This document shows, piece by piece, positions 16,319-24,000 of a DNA stretch of 24,000 bases (the stretch's first letter is position 1; each line of letters starts with the position of its first letter). The notes under the pieces were generated by a model. That model saw nothing but the letters and a program-made list of their open reading frames with translations. It was not told the DNA's origin and searched no databases. The position numbers and the translations under genes were made by a program. Source of the DNA: an uncultured Lachnospiraceae bacterium (GTDB lineage Bacteria > Bacillota > Clostridia > Lachnospirales > Lachnospiraceae); contig CAKRIL010000002.1 of NCBI GenBank assembly GCA_934343915.1, positions 94,263-118,262 of the forward strand. The letters are read 5' to 3'.

Positions 16319-16342
16319 TTAATAGTCTCGTAAATCCAACAC

Positions 16343-16374
16343 AGCTACCTCCGGTCATACATCCGAAGGTAGCT
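16343..16374 (-). terminator. Candidate (possibly leaky) terminator after nfnB
   Basis: The stem AGCTACCTYCGG / CCGRAGGTAGCT has an 8-nt loop. Its imperfect position is a G.U pair on the minus-strand RNA. The trailing sequence is UGUGUUGGAUUUA, a weak U-tract. It lies only ~25-45 nt upstream of the next gene's start. Confidence 0.4.
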
Positions 16375-16386
16375 CTGTCTTAAATA

Positions 16387-17769
16387 TTATTTACCGCTAA
16401 GATATTCATCAATACCCTTAGCTGCAGCCTTGCCGGCACCCATGGCAAGAATAACGGTTGCAGCGCCTGTAACGGCATCGCCTCCTGCATATACAGCGGT
16501 CTTTGTCGTAAGACCATTCTCATCAGCTACAATGCAGCGATGCTTATTAATCTCAAGTCCGTCCGTTGTGGAAGAAATGAGTGGATTAGGTGATGTTCCG
16601 AGTGACATTATAACCGTATCAAGCTCAAGCTCAAATTCTGAGCCCGGTATCTCAACAGGTCTTCTTCTTCCTGAAGCATCCGGCTCGCCAAGCTCCATTC
16701 GAATACATCTCATGCCTCTTACATGTCCGTTGTCATCAACTAAAATCTCAACAGGGTTAGTAAGCAGGTCAAAGATAATACCCTCCTGCTTAGCATGATG
16801 TACCTCCTCAACTCTTGCAGGGAGCTCCTCTTCACTTCTTCTGTATACAATATGAACCTCTGCACCAAGTCTTAAGGCTGTACGGGCAGCGTCCATTGCA
16901 ACATTTCCTCCGCCCACTACTGCAACCTTATGTCCTGCCGCAATAGGTGTATCATAATCATCAGAGAAAGCCTTCATAAGATTGCTTCTTGTAAGGTACT
17001 CATTTGCTGAGAATACACCGTTGGCATTCTCTCCCGGAATTCCCATGAACTTAGGAAGACCTGCACCTGAACCGATGAACACGGCATCAAAGCCTTCTTC
17101 ACCAAGTAATTCATCAATTGTAACCGACTTGCCTACAACTACATTGGTCTCAATCTTAACGCCAAGCTTCTTTACATTCTCTATCTCAGCCTTTACAACA
17201 GTCTGCTTCGGAAGTCTGAATTCAGGAATACCGTACACAAGCACACCTCCGGCTTCATGAAGTGCCTCGAATATTGTCACATCATATCCAAGCTTTGCGA
17301 GATCACCTGCACATGTAAGTCCGGATGGGCCCGAACCTATTACCGCAACTCTCTTGCCGTTAGGTGCAGCAGGAGCTTCAGGCTCAACATTATTCTCTCT
17401 CGCCCAGTCAGCAACGAATCTCTCAAGCTTACCGATTGATACAGGCTCACCCTTGAAGCCTCTTATACACTTGCCCTCACACTGGCTTTCCTGAGGACAT
17501 ACTCTTCCGCATACAGCAGGAAGTGCTGAGGACTTACCGATAACCTTGTATGCTTCAGCAAAATTGCCTTCCTTAACTTCACTTATAAATTCAGGGATAT
17601 GTATTGCCACAGGACATCCCTTCATGCACTGTGCGTTCTTACAGTTAAGGCATCTTGAAGCTTCCTCCTTAGCCTCCTGTTCATTATATCCCAAACATAC
17701 TTCATCAAAATTCTTAGCACGGACAGCCGGCTCCTGCTCTCTGACAGGTACTTTCTTCAATACATCCAT
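16387..17769 (-). CDS. nfnB: NfnB-type subunit: a GltD-like NADPH-dependent oxidoreductase with 2x[4Fe-4S] and FAD, often annotated 'NADPH-dependent glutamate synthase'. 460 aa.
   Basis: The track ORF is 16387-17802. I trimmed the start to ATG 17769 (MDVLKKVPVREQEP...), which has GGAGG upstream and lies 1 nt after the nfnA stop. Motifs: CLNCKNAQCMKGCPV, AVCGRVCPQESQCEGKCIRG, VAVIGSGPSGLTCAGDLA, VAVVGGGNVAMDAART. Confidence 0.82.
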   Translation of the reverse strand: MDVLKKVPVREQEPAVRAKNFDEVCLGYNEQEAKEEASRCLNCKNAQCMKGCPVAIHIPEFISEVKEGNFAEAYKVIGKSSALPAVCGRVCPQESQCEGKCIRGFKGEPVSIGKLERFVADWARENNVEPEAPAAPNGKRVAVIGSGPSGLTCAGDLAKLGYDVTIFEALHEAGGVLVYGIPEFRLPKQTVVKAEIENVKKLGVKIETNVVVGKSVTIDELLGEEGFDAVFIGSGAGLPKFMGIPGENANGVFSANEYLTRSNLMKAFSDDYDTPIAAGHKVAVVGGGNVAMDAARTALRLGAEVHIVYRRSEEELPARVEEVHHAKQEGIIFDLLTNPVEILVDDNGHVRGMRCIRMELGEPDASGRRRPVEIPGSEFELELDTVIMSLGTSPNPLISSTTDGLEINKHRCIVADENGLTTKTAVYAGGDAVTGAATVILAMGAGKAAAKGIDEYLSGK

Positions 17770-17770
17770 C

Positions 17771-18658
17771 CTAGTTACCTCCACACTGGCCGCATCCACC
17801 ATGATGTGTAGCGCATTCCTTTAATCTGAGCATTGCTCTTCCCTCTTCGGTCTTGTACATCTGCTGTCTCTTCATAGCCTCATCAAAATTAACAAGATGT
17901 CCGTCGAACTCAGGTCCGTCAACGCATGCGAACTTAATCTCGCCGCCCACGCTCACACGACAAGCTCCGCACATTCCTGTTCCATCAACCATGATAGGAT
18001 TGAGGCTCACGATTGTCTTGATTCCAAGCTCCTTAGTAAGAAGTGCAACGAACTTCATCATAATCATAGGGCCGATTGCAACACATACGTCGTAGCTCTT
18101 ATGCTCATCATTAACCAGTGACTTGATAACCTCAGTAACCATTCCCTTTCTTCCGTAGCTTCCGTCATCAGTTGTCACATAAAGATTGCCGGCAACTGCC
18201 TTCATCTCATCCTCAAGTATAAGAAGATCCTTATTCTTGGCTCCGACGATAACATCTGCTTCAACTCCATGCTCCTTGAGCCACTTAACCTGTGGATATA
18301 CAGGAGCTGTACCTACACCACCTGCAACAAAGAGAATCTTCTTATTCTTAAGCTCCTCAATATCTTCACTTACGAACTCAGAAGGCATTCCAAGAGGTCC
18401 GGTAAAATCTCTGAACGAATCGCCCTCTTTAAGGTGTGACATCTTCTCTGTTGAAGCTCCAACCACCTGGAATACAATAGTTATAATGCCTTCTTCGCGA
18501 TTATAATCGCAGATTGTGAGAGGAATTCTCTCACCATGCTCATCCATCTTAACGATGACGAACTGCCCCGGACAGCATCTCTTAGCTACGCGCGGAGCCT
18601 TAACATCCATAAGGAATATCTTGTCGGCAAGCTGTCTTGCCTTAGTTATAGCATACAT
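17771..18658 (-). CDS. nfnA: NfnA-type subunit: a PyrK/sulfide-dehydrogenase-like FAD/NAD-binding protein with a [2Fe-2S] cluster, 295 aa
   Basis: The ATG at 18658 has AGGAGG upstream. It has a ferredoxin-reductase-like fold pattern (PGQFVIVKMDEHGERIPLTICDY, FVAGGVGTAPVYPQ) and a C-terminal Cys cluster (DGTGMCGACRV...FACVDGPEF). Confidence 0.82.
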   Translation of the reverse strand: MYAITKARQLADKIFLMDVKAPRVAKRCCPGQFVIVKMDEHGERIPLTICDYNREEGIITIVFQVVGASTEKMSHLKEGDSFRDFTGPLGMPSEFVSEDIEELKNKKILFVAGGVGTAPVYPQVKWLKEHGVEADVIVGAKNKDLLILEDEMKAVAGNLYVTTDDGSYGRKGMVTEVIKSLVNDEHKSYDVCVAIGPMIMMKFVALLTKELGIKTIVSLNPIMVDGTGMCGACRVSVGGEIKFACVDGPEFDGHLVNFDEAMKRQQMYKTEEGRAMLRLKECATHHGGCGQCGGN

Positions 18659-18726
18659 AACATACCTCCTAATTCTTCATTCTTATATTTTAATATATTA
18701 AAGCTTAAAAGACAACTAATTATTGA

Positions 18727-18755
18727 ATATTAATAAAAATATTTATAATTTTCAA
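18727..18755 (-). promoter_or_regulatory. Candidate sigma-A promoter for nfnAB
   Basis: On the minus strand, TTGAAA (plus 18750-18755), a 17-bp spacer, then TAATAT (plus 18727-18732). It lies ~65 nt upstream of the nfnA ATG. Confidence 0.4.
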
Positions 18756-18787
18756 ATTATACAGTATTTTCCATATGAAAGTTTACA

Positions 18788-18819
18788 CACAAAAGCACCC
18801 GGGATTATCCCGGGTGCTC
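18788..18819 (-). terminator. Intrinsic terminator of the 568-aa gene
   Basis: A perfect 10-bp GC-rich stem, AGCACCCGGG-N6-CCCGGGTGCT, is followed on the minus strand by TTTTGTGTG. Confidence 0.8.
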
Positions 18820-18862
18820 CATGCGCAGCTTTAATTCAGCTTATCATTATCCTTTATTATAA

Positions 18863-20569
18863 TCAATACGCAACCTCATCAAGCGTATATACCCCATTAT
18901 TTTCATACACGGTATATACATATGAATCATTGCTGTCAACTCCCATCTGATAGTTCGCCTTCATGTCGCCCTGCTCCGTGGATACAATTATATCGAATAC
19001 CCATACGGAACGTCCTGAGATAGTCTTCTTCTCATCAAGGACAAGACTTACCGGCTCGCCGTCGGATGAACGATGCTCTGAATTAACCATGTTCTTGTAC
19101 TCCATGGCCTGCCACAATATTTCAACTGCTCTCTCCTGCGATACCTTATCAGTGAGAGTAAGAACATAATTACGCTTAACCACCTCGCTCTTAAGTCCGT
19201 TCTTGTCGTATGTCACAACGGACAATACATTATTGCCGCTTGGCATCTCAAACGGTCCGTTGTATTCAGTAGATTTATCGGTAGGAGTGGTATTGTCAAG
19301 TGTATAGTACGCCTTGCCTCCCGCCGGTATATTACCTATAACGATGAGCTGTTCTGTCTCATAGCTTCCGCTTCTAGGGCTTATAGTAGGTGCATCAGGC
19401 TGCTTGTATTCCACTTCATAATCTGCCGTCACAGCTTCACTTGCTATATTGTACTCATTCACGGCAATGCACTTGATTGTCGTCTTGCCATCACTTATCT
19501 CAATCTTATTTGTATAAGGTGTGCTTTCCGTCGTAGGTTCGCTTCCGTCCGTCGTGTAGTATATCTTAAAATCATAGTCAGATGTGATTCCAACCTCGAT
19601 ATTAGAATTATACTTACCGCCCTCAAGGCTTAACTTCGGTGCCTCAACATAATACTTCTGAACAGCTGTCGATGCTGATGTATCCTTATATTTATTGTAC
19701 AGCTCTACCAAAGCATCCGTAACTCCTGCTTTTTCATAATAATTTTCAAGATATACGATTGCTTCCAAATTGTACTCATCAACTCCGAGAATATTATACA
19801 GCATGCTTACAGCCTTCTCTGTATTCTCAGTCGCAACGTAGCAGTCATACAGGCTGAATCGTAAATTAACCTTGCCATCGGATTCAGAGAAAGTAAGTGC
19901 TTTCTCCAAATACGGGATTGCCTCGGAATATTTACCGTTCTGAACGTACTCTATACCTGTATTATTGTAATAAGCAAAATTGTTCTGTGCCTTTTTAAGC
20001 ACCATATTAATAGTGAAAAATGCAAGAGCAACTATAATTATCACTGCCACGATAACAGAAATGACTATCACCGCTATCTTACCGCCATTACTCTTCTTTT
20101 TCTTTCTCGGTGCTACTCTCTCCTGCTCATCAGCATATCTTCTCCCCGAAGCTGTATTCTGCTGTCTTGACTGGGTGTTCTGTCGGCTCTGAGAGGTCTG
20201 TCTGTTCTGTGAAGTCTGCCTTGACTGGGTATCAGACCTCTTCACAGGCTGTGCCGATGAAGCTGATGTATTTCTTCTCTGGGATGAGTTCTGACTTGCT
20301 GCGCTTCTCTGAGATACTCCCAGCACATCTCTGCCCGCCGAGCTTTGCTGCTTCCTTGTACCGCCGTTCTTGTCGAGAGTTCCCTGTATTTCCTTTAAGT
20401 ATACCTGCGCATCAACGGTCTCGTTCTCAACAATCTGCGCAATAGACTTGGCGAGCTGCTCTTCAAGTTCAGCATCCTCTGTATTCTGACGAGAAACCGG
20501 TCTTTTACATACATCACATACCTTCTGCCCGGCACTCAGCTTATGTCCGCAATTCTCACAACGAATCAT
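18863..20569 (-). CDS. Membrane protein: N-terminal zinc ribbon, S/Q/R-rich disordered region, TM, TPR-like repeats, two CHB_HEX_C-like (chitobiase C-terminal/Fn3-like) domains. 568 aa.
   Basis: The ATG at 20569 has GGAGGA upstream. MIRCENCGHKLSAGQKVCDVCKRP is a zinc ribbon. IAVIVISVIVAVIIIVALAFF is a TM segment. The stretch YNNTGIEYVQNGKYSEAIPYLEKAL... is TPR-like. KIYYTTDGSEPTTESTPY and KAYYTLDNTTPTDKSTEY are hallmark motifs of the CHB_HEX_C_1-type domain. Confidence 0.85.
   Translation of the reverse strand: MIRCENCGHKLSAGQKVCDVCKRPVSRQNTEDAELEEQLAKSIAQIVENETVDAQVYLKEIQGTLDKNGGTRKQQSSAGRDVLGVSQRSAASQNSSQRRNTSASSAQPVKRSDTQSRQTSQNRQTSQSRQNTQSRQQNTASGRRYADEQERVAPRKKKKSNGGKIAVIVISVIVAVIIIVALAFFTINMVLKKAQNNFAYYNNTGIEYVQNGKYSEAIPYLEKALTFSESDGKVNLRFSLYDCYVATENTEKAVSMLYNILGVDEYNLEAIVYLENYYEKAGVTDALVELYNKYKDTSASTAVQKYYVEAPKLSLEGGKYNSNIEVGITSDYDFKIYYTTDGSEPTTESTPYTNKIEISDGKTTIKCIAVNEYNIASEAVTADYEVEYKQPDAPTISPRSGSYETEQLIVIGNIPAGGKAYYTLDNTTPTDKSTEYNGPFEMPSGNNVLSVVTYDKNGLKSEVVKRNYVLTLTDKVSQERAVEILWQAMEYKNMVNSEHRSSDGEPVSLVLDEKKTISGRSVWVFDIIVSTEQGDMKANYQMGVDSNDSYVYTVYENNGVYTLDEVAY
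20120..20320 (-). repeat. Low-complexity coding repeat (SQxRQ-type units) inside the 568-aa gene
   Basis: The protein segment is SQRSAASQNSSQRRNTSASS...DTQSRQTSQNRQTSQSRQNTQSRQQNTASGRR. At the DNA level there are repeated CTTGACTGGGT and CTGTC units. The boundaries are approximate. Confidence 0.6.
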
Positions 20570-20633
20570 CTTAATTCCTCCATACGCTTGTATCTATAAG
20601 CATTCTATCTTTTCTTGTCTCTAAGCTTTGTTA

Positions 20634-20662
20634 AATATAGCATAATTCATTTTAAAATTCAA
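20634..20662 (-). promoter_or_regulatory. Candidate sigma-A promoter for the 568-aa gene
   Basis: On the minus strand, TTGAAT (plus 20657-20662), a 17-bp spacer, then TATATT (plus 20634-20639). It lies ~60 nt upstream of the ATG at 20569. Confidence 0.45.
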
Positions 20663-20830
20663 CACTTCCATAAAAATGTAATATTTTTGTCATAGTTGAG
20701 GCATAGTTCATTTTCTTTTTATAATTTCTTCCCTTTTATTTTACTTGTTATACACAAAATGGTCACAACATATCTATATACTAGAATTCGGATAGCAAAG
20801 TTAATGCTTTCTATCTCCCCCCTCATATTT

Positions 20831-20875
20831 AAAAAGCTCGAAGCCCCGGACTAATCCCCCGGGGCTTCAAGCTTT
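20831..20875 (-). terminator. Second (distal) intrinsic terminator after the Big_2 gene
   Basis: AGCTYGAAGCCCCGG with CCGGGGCTTCRAGCT forms a ~15-bp stem. The imperfect position is a G.U pair on the minus-strand RNA, and TTTTT follows on the minus strand. Confidence 0.7.
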
Positions 20876-20905
20876 CTTATGATATATAATAATTCTTCGA
20901 CAAAT

Positions 20906-20940
20906 ACAAAACAGGTGTGCCAAAAAGCACACCTGTTTTA
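20906..20940 (-). terminator. Proximal intrinsic terminator after the Big_2 gene (symmetric, potentially bidirectional)
   Basis: AAAACAGGTGTGC-N6-GCACACCTGTTTT is a perfect 13-bp stem flanked by A and T runs. It lies 25 nt after the stop at 20965. Confidence 0.8.
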
Positions 20941-20964
20941 AGATCTTCTTATGTGTAAAATACA

Positions 20965-23900
20965 TTATTCCGGATTAGTCTTATTGATGAACTTATCAGG
21001 GTCTATCGATCGAACAGTCACATTACATGTAACCGTCTTTCCATCAACAGTCGCCGTGATTGTACATTCACCAGGCATACGGGCTGTCACAATACCTCTC
21101 TGTGTGACAGTTGCAATTCTAGGATTACTGCTTCTCCATGACACAGCCGCACTCGAAGGAGCACCATCCACATACAGATTGAATGTATCATATTGTTCAA
21201 GTACCGTCGAGGACTTGCTTATAGCCATCGAATATACCGTACACGTATCCTGTACCGTTCCATAAGTGGTATAAGCCGTAACCTGACACGAACCAGGTCC
21301 TACCGTTGTAATCTGTCCGTTACTGTCAACAACTACTACGGAGGTATCCGAAGATACCCAATGTACCGTCTCTGTTGAATTCGTCGGATATAATCTTGCA
21401 GTAAGAGTTCTCATCTTTCCCGTGAGCATAAGTATCTCATGTGAATTAATCGTTACGGAAGAAGCACTCACAATCTGTTTAACTATGATTGTACACTCGG
21501 CAACAACATTATTGCCGTCTGTTGACGTAGCATATACCTTGCATCGACCGACACCGACAGCCTCAACATCTCCGTCGTCATATACCTTCGCAACCGATGT
21601 ATCAGATGAAGTCCAGTTGAGCTTCTTAACTGAAGCATCTGCTGGTTCAACGGTAGCTACAAGGTGGAATACGTCACCGACATAGAGTGTAATCTTAGAT
21701 TCCGACAACTTGATGTTCGTTACAGGCTTAACAACCTGAACGATACACGAAGCACTCACACCGCTTCCGTCGGCAGCCGTTGCAGTCACAATAGCCGTTC
21801 CGTATCCGACTCCCGTGATAACACCATACTGGTTGACCGTAAGGATTGATTCATTGCTCGAGCTCCATATAAGTGCCTTGTTGGTAGCACTCTCAGGTCC
21901 GACTGTCGTGGTGATTGTATATGATGCGCCATAATTCAAATACCTGCTTGTATCTGATAATGTAATTGTATCAACATATTCCTTAACTGCAATAACACAC
22001 TTCTGAGTAAAGCTTCCTTCTTCCGTGGTTACGACAATCTCACAGGTACCACCCTTAACTGCCGTTATAACACCCTTCTCATCAACTGTTGCAATATCCG
22101 AATCACTTGACCAGAAGGTTACATTCTTGTTCGAAGCAGTTGCCGGCTCGACATTAGGAACAAGCACGAAACGTGTTCCCTTAACCATGTTCTGATAATA
22201 TGTATTAAGTGTAAGGCCTGTGAGTGGTTCAAGTACAACAACCGTACATGAAGCTTCAACCTTCGAAGCCGGGTTGGTTGCAGTAATTATACACTGTCCC
22301 ACACCTACTGTGATAACCTTTCCGTCAGATGATACAGTAGCAACCTTAGAATCACTGGTTGACCATACTATGGTCTTATCGTCAGCCGTATCAGGTGTAC
22401 ATGTAGCATTAAGATAGAACTCTGTTCCCTTTCTCACAGTTATCTCTGAATTGCTCAAAGTAATTCCGGTAACAGGCTGAAGAACCCGTACATTACAATA
22501 AGCTATGAAACCGCCGTCATTGGTCTCCGCGAAGATTGTCGCACTTCCGCTAGACTTAGCTGTAAGGAGATTCTCATAAGCTGTGGTGTTCTCAACCTCA
22601 ACAACAGCCGGATTAGAGGATGTCCACTTCATTGTCTTATCGTAAGCATTGGCCGGATTAACCGTAGCCGTAAGTCTGTATGTATCACCTACATTAAATG
22701 TAAGATTAGTCTTATCAAGTATAATTCCGTATACATCCTGTGCAACCTCGAAGTGACAGTATGCAGTGACACTAGGGTCTACCGCAGACGTAGCACATAT
22801 CTCCGTTGAACCAGGTGCAACAAGTGTTACAAGACCTGTATTAGGGTCTACCGTAACGACATTGGTATTAAGTGATGTCCATATAATAGACTGCTCACAG
22901 CCGTCCGTCGCTGAATGAACATAACCTGTAAGCTGGTACTGCTTCTGTGACATAGCCACAACTACGCTTGTATCAGAGAGCTCGATTGATGTAGGGCGCT
23001 CTGTTATGAAAATATCAAGGTTTACAATCTGGCTGTTATCCTTAGAATATACGGTAAGTGTTGTATTACCAAGTCCGGCAGCCGTAACATCACAAGACTG
23101 ATGCACACCCGTTGTTATAACAGGGTTAAGTGATATGAGCGACTGTGCCTGAGCTGAACCTGAAGCTGTCCATATGAGCTCTGTATTGTCAGGTACATTG
23201 TTATCGCTGTACTGTAAGTCCGCATAGATTGTCAAGGTCTGTCCAAGGTACATTGTGAGGTATGCCTTGCCATTCTGCGGCTCACTGAGCGTAATTCCGT
23301 CAACCGGAATTGTTACGTTCACAATCATGCTTGCAACCTTAACAACACCTCCGACTGTCTGATATGCGTAAATAACCGTCTTACCCTTGCTGACACCTGT
23401 GATTGTAACATCCAGTGCTGATTCAAATGATGAGTCATCCCACTCTACCGTAGCAATGCTCTCATCGGCACTCTTCCATGTTACATTGGATACCTTGTCC
23501 GTATCCGTACTTGTAGGTATGGCGGATACCTGTGTCTTAAAGCCTACATTAACACTTGTCTCAGACTTGGAAATCATGAGCTTATCAATAACCCTGATTA
23601 CAACTATCTGTTCCTGCTTGACACCGGTTGTCACACCATTGACAACTTCCTCGATAACAACCTTAATCTTGGCTGTACCTTCCTTAACAGCCTCATAAAG
23701 ACCTGTGCTTATCTGCTGAACAGCACCCTCATTGTTATATTCATAAGAATAAGTAACGTTGCTGTCAAAGGCTGTTGTATAAAGAGGAATATTATCTCCT
23801 ATACTTACCAAAATCTCCTTGTCGAACTTCATTGCGAAAGGAACCTTAACATCAATCTTACATGCATACTCTGTCTTGAGGCTTCCGTCTGTATTATAGC

Positions 23901-24000
23901 TCTCATTCATAGGCTTACAGCTTGCATATACGCTTGTTGTACCTGCATACTTACCGGTAATAACACCCGACTCAGATACATCAACTACATCAACGAGCGT
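20965..24000 (-). CDS. Giant surface protein with tandem bacterial Ig-like group 2 (Big_2) domains. This is the C-terminal part, at least 1011 codons; the 5' end lies beyond the right window edge.
   Basis: The track reports 20965-23910 from an internal Met. The frame stays open through 23911-24000 (TLVDVVDVSESGVITGKYAGTTSVYASCKP-MNESY...). At least 11-12 repeats of ~80-85 aa carry the Big_2 signature, for example WTSSNPAVVEV..., WSTSDSKVATVSSDGKVITVGVGQCIITAT, WSSDSDIATVDEKGVITAVKGGTCEIVV and WRSSNPRIATVTQRGIVTARMPGECTITAT. I see no C-terminal LPXTG motif. Confidence 0.9.
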   Translation of the reverse strand, partial: TLVDVVDVSESGVITGKYAGTTSVYASCKPMNESYNTDGSLKTEYACKIDVKVPFAMKFDKEILVSIGDNIPLYTTAFDSNVTYSYEYNNEGAVQQISTGLYEAVKEGTAKIKVVIEEVVNGVTTGVKQEQIVVIRVIDKLMISKSETSVNVGFKTQVSAIPTSTDTDKVSNVTWKSADESIATVEWDDSSFESALDVTITGVSKGKTVIYAYQTVGGVVKVASMIVNVTIPVDGITLSEPQNGKAYLTMYLGQTLTIYADLQYSDNNVPDNTELIWTASGSAQAQSLISLNPVITTGVHQSCDVTAAGLGNTTLTVYSKDNSQIVNLDIFITERPTSIELSDTSVVVAMSQKQYQLTGYVHSATDGCEQSIIWTSLNTNVVTVDPNTGLVTLVAPGSTEICATSAVDPSVTAYCHFEVAQDVYGIILDKTNLTFNVGDTYRLTATVNPANAYDKTMKWTSSNPAVVEVENTTAYENLLTAKSSGSATIFAETNDGGFIAYCNVRVLQPVTGITLSNSEITVRKGTEFYLNATCTPDTADDKTIVWSTSDSKVATVSSDGKVITVGVGQCIITATNPASKVEASCTVVVLEPLTGLTLNTYYQNMVKGTRFVLVPNVEPATASNKNVTFWSSDSDIATVDEKGVITAVKGGTCEIVVTTEEGSFTQKCVIAVKEYVDTITLSDTSRYLNYGASYTITTTVGPESATNKALIWSSSNESILTVNQYGVITGVGYGTAIVTATAADGSGVSASCIVQVVKPVTNIKLSESKITLYVGDVFHLVATVEPADASVKKLNWTSSDTSVAKVYDDGDVEAVGVGRCKVYATSTDGNNVVAECTIIVKQIVSASSVTINSHEILMLTGKMRTLTARLYPTNSTETVHWVSSDTSVVVVDSNGQITTVGPGSCQVTAYTTYGTVQDTCTVYSMAISKSSTVLEQYDTFNLYVDGAPSSAAVSWRSSNPRIATVTQRGIVTARMPGECTITATVDGKTVTCNVTVRSIDPDKFINKTNPE

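Noticed and set aside
18744-18761. The perfect AT-only palindrome TATAATTT-TC-AAATTATA overlaps the nfnAB promoter candidate and could be a Rex-type operator.
   Set aside because: It does not match the Rex consensus (TTGTGAA/TTCACAA type). An 8-bp palindrome made only of A and T is unremarkable in a very AT-rich spacer.
20720-20830. A 36-codon minus-strand ORF (MRGEIESINFAIRIL...) lies just after the distal terminator.
   Set aside because: It has no SD, a hydrophobic low-complexity translation, and sits in a promoter-type AT-rich spacer.
1-24000. I searched by eye for CRISPR arrays, tRNA or rRNA genes, transposases or integrases, IS inverted repeats, and known defence-system signatures (RT, nuclease/helicase/ATPase combinations, TA pairs).
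   Set aside because: None was found. All intergenic regions are under 400 bp and are accounted for by promoters, leaders and terminators. No spaced direct-repeat pattern is visible and no defence-type domains are recognisable. Detection by eye is limited, and a computed repeat or HMM scan could still reveal something I missed.

Overview
The window looks like a Firmicutes/Clostridia chromosome segment, probably Lachnospiraceae-like. That is inferred from gene content, AGGAGG-type ribosome binding sites (RBSs) and strong strand bias: 17 of the 18 CDSs I call are on the minus strand. I see no rRNA, tRNA, CRISPR array, transposase or integrase. Gene order, left to right: (1) a 5'-partial-window Fe-S flavoprotein that is absent from the ORF track because its stop lies off-window; (2) a visibly more AT-rich block holding an Lsa-like ABC-F ATPase, two orphan ORFs, a PNPOx-family protein and a single-gene ABC exporter; (3) the YjjI/YjjW glycyl-radical enzyme and activase pair; (4) an orphan 98-aa ORF; (5) rlmH; (6) a zinc-ribbon membrane protein, the only plus-strand gene; (7) a tightly spaced minus-strand run of nfnA, nfnB, a dual-SBP/degenerate-GGDEF/EAL signalling protein, an M42 peptidase and a LysR regulator; (8) a zinc-ribbon/disordered/TPR/CHB_HEX_C membrane protein; (9) the 3' part of a giant Big_2-repeat surface protein that runs off the right edge. 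Several ORF-track starts were trimmed to RBS-supported internal ATGs. I do not see a convincing new multi-gene system such as a defence island. The items most worth follow-up are regulatory or RNA-level: a ~270-nt terminator-containing leader with mini-uORFs upstream of the ABC-F gene, a leader peptide with mutually exclusive pairings upstream of the ABC exporter, and a ~120-nt multi-stem element in the rlmH divergent intergenic region. The uncharacterised proteins in the AT-rich block and the function-unknown YjjI enzyme are also worth a look. All calls come from reading the sequence by eye. No searches or folding computations were run.
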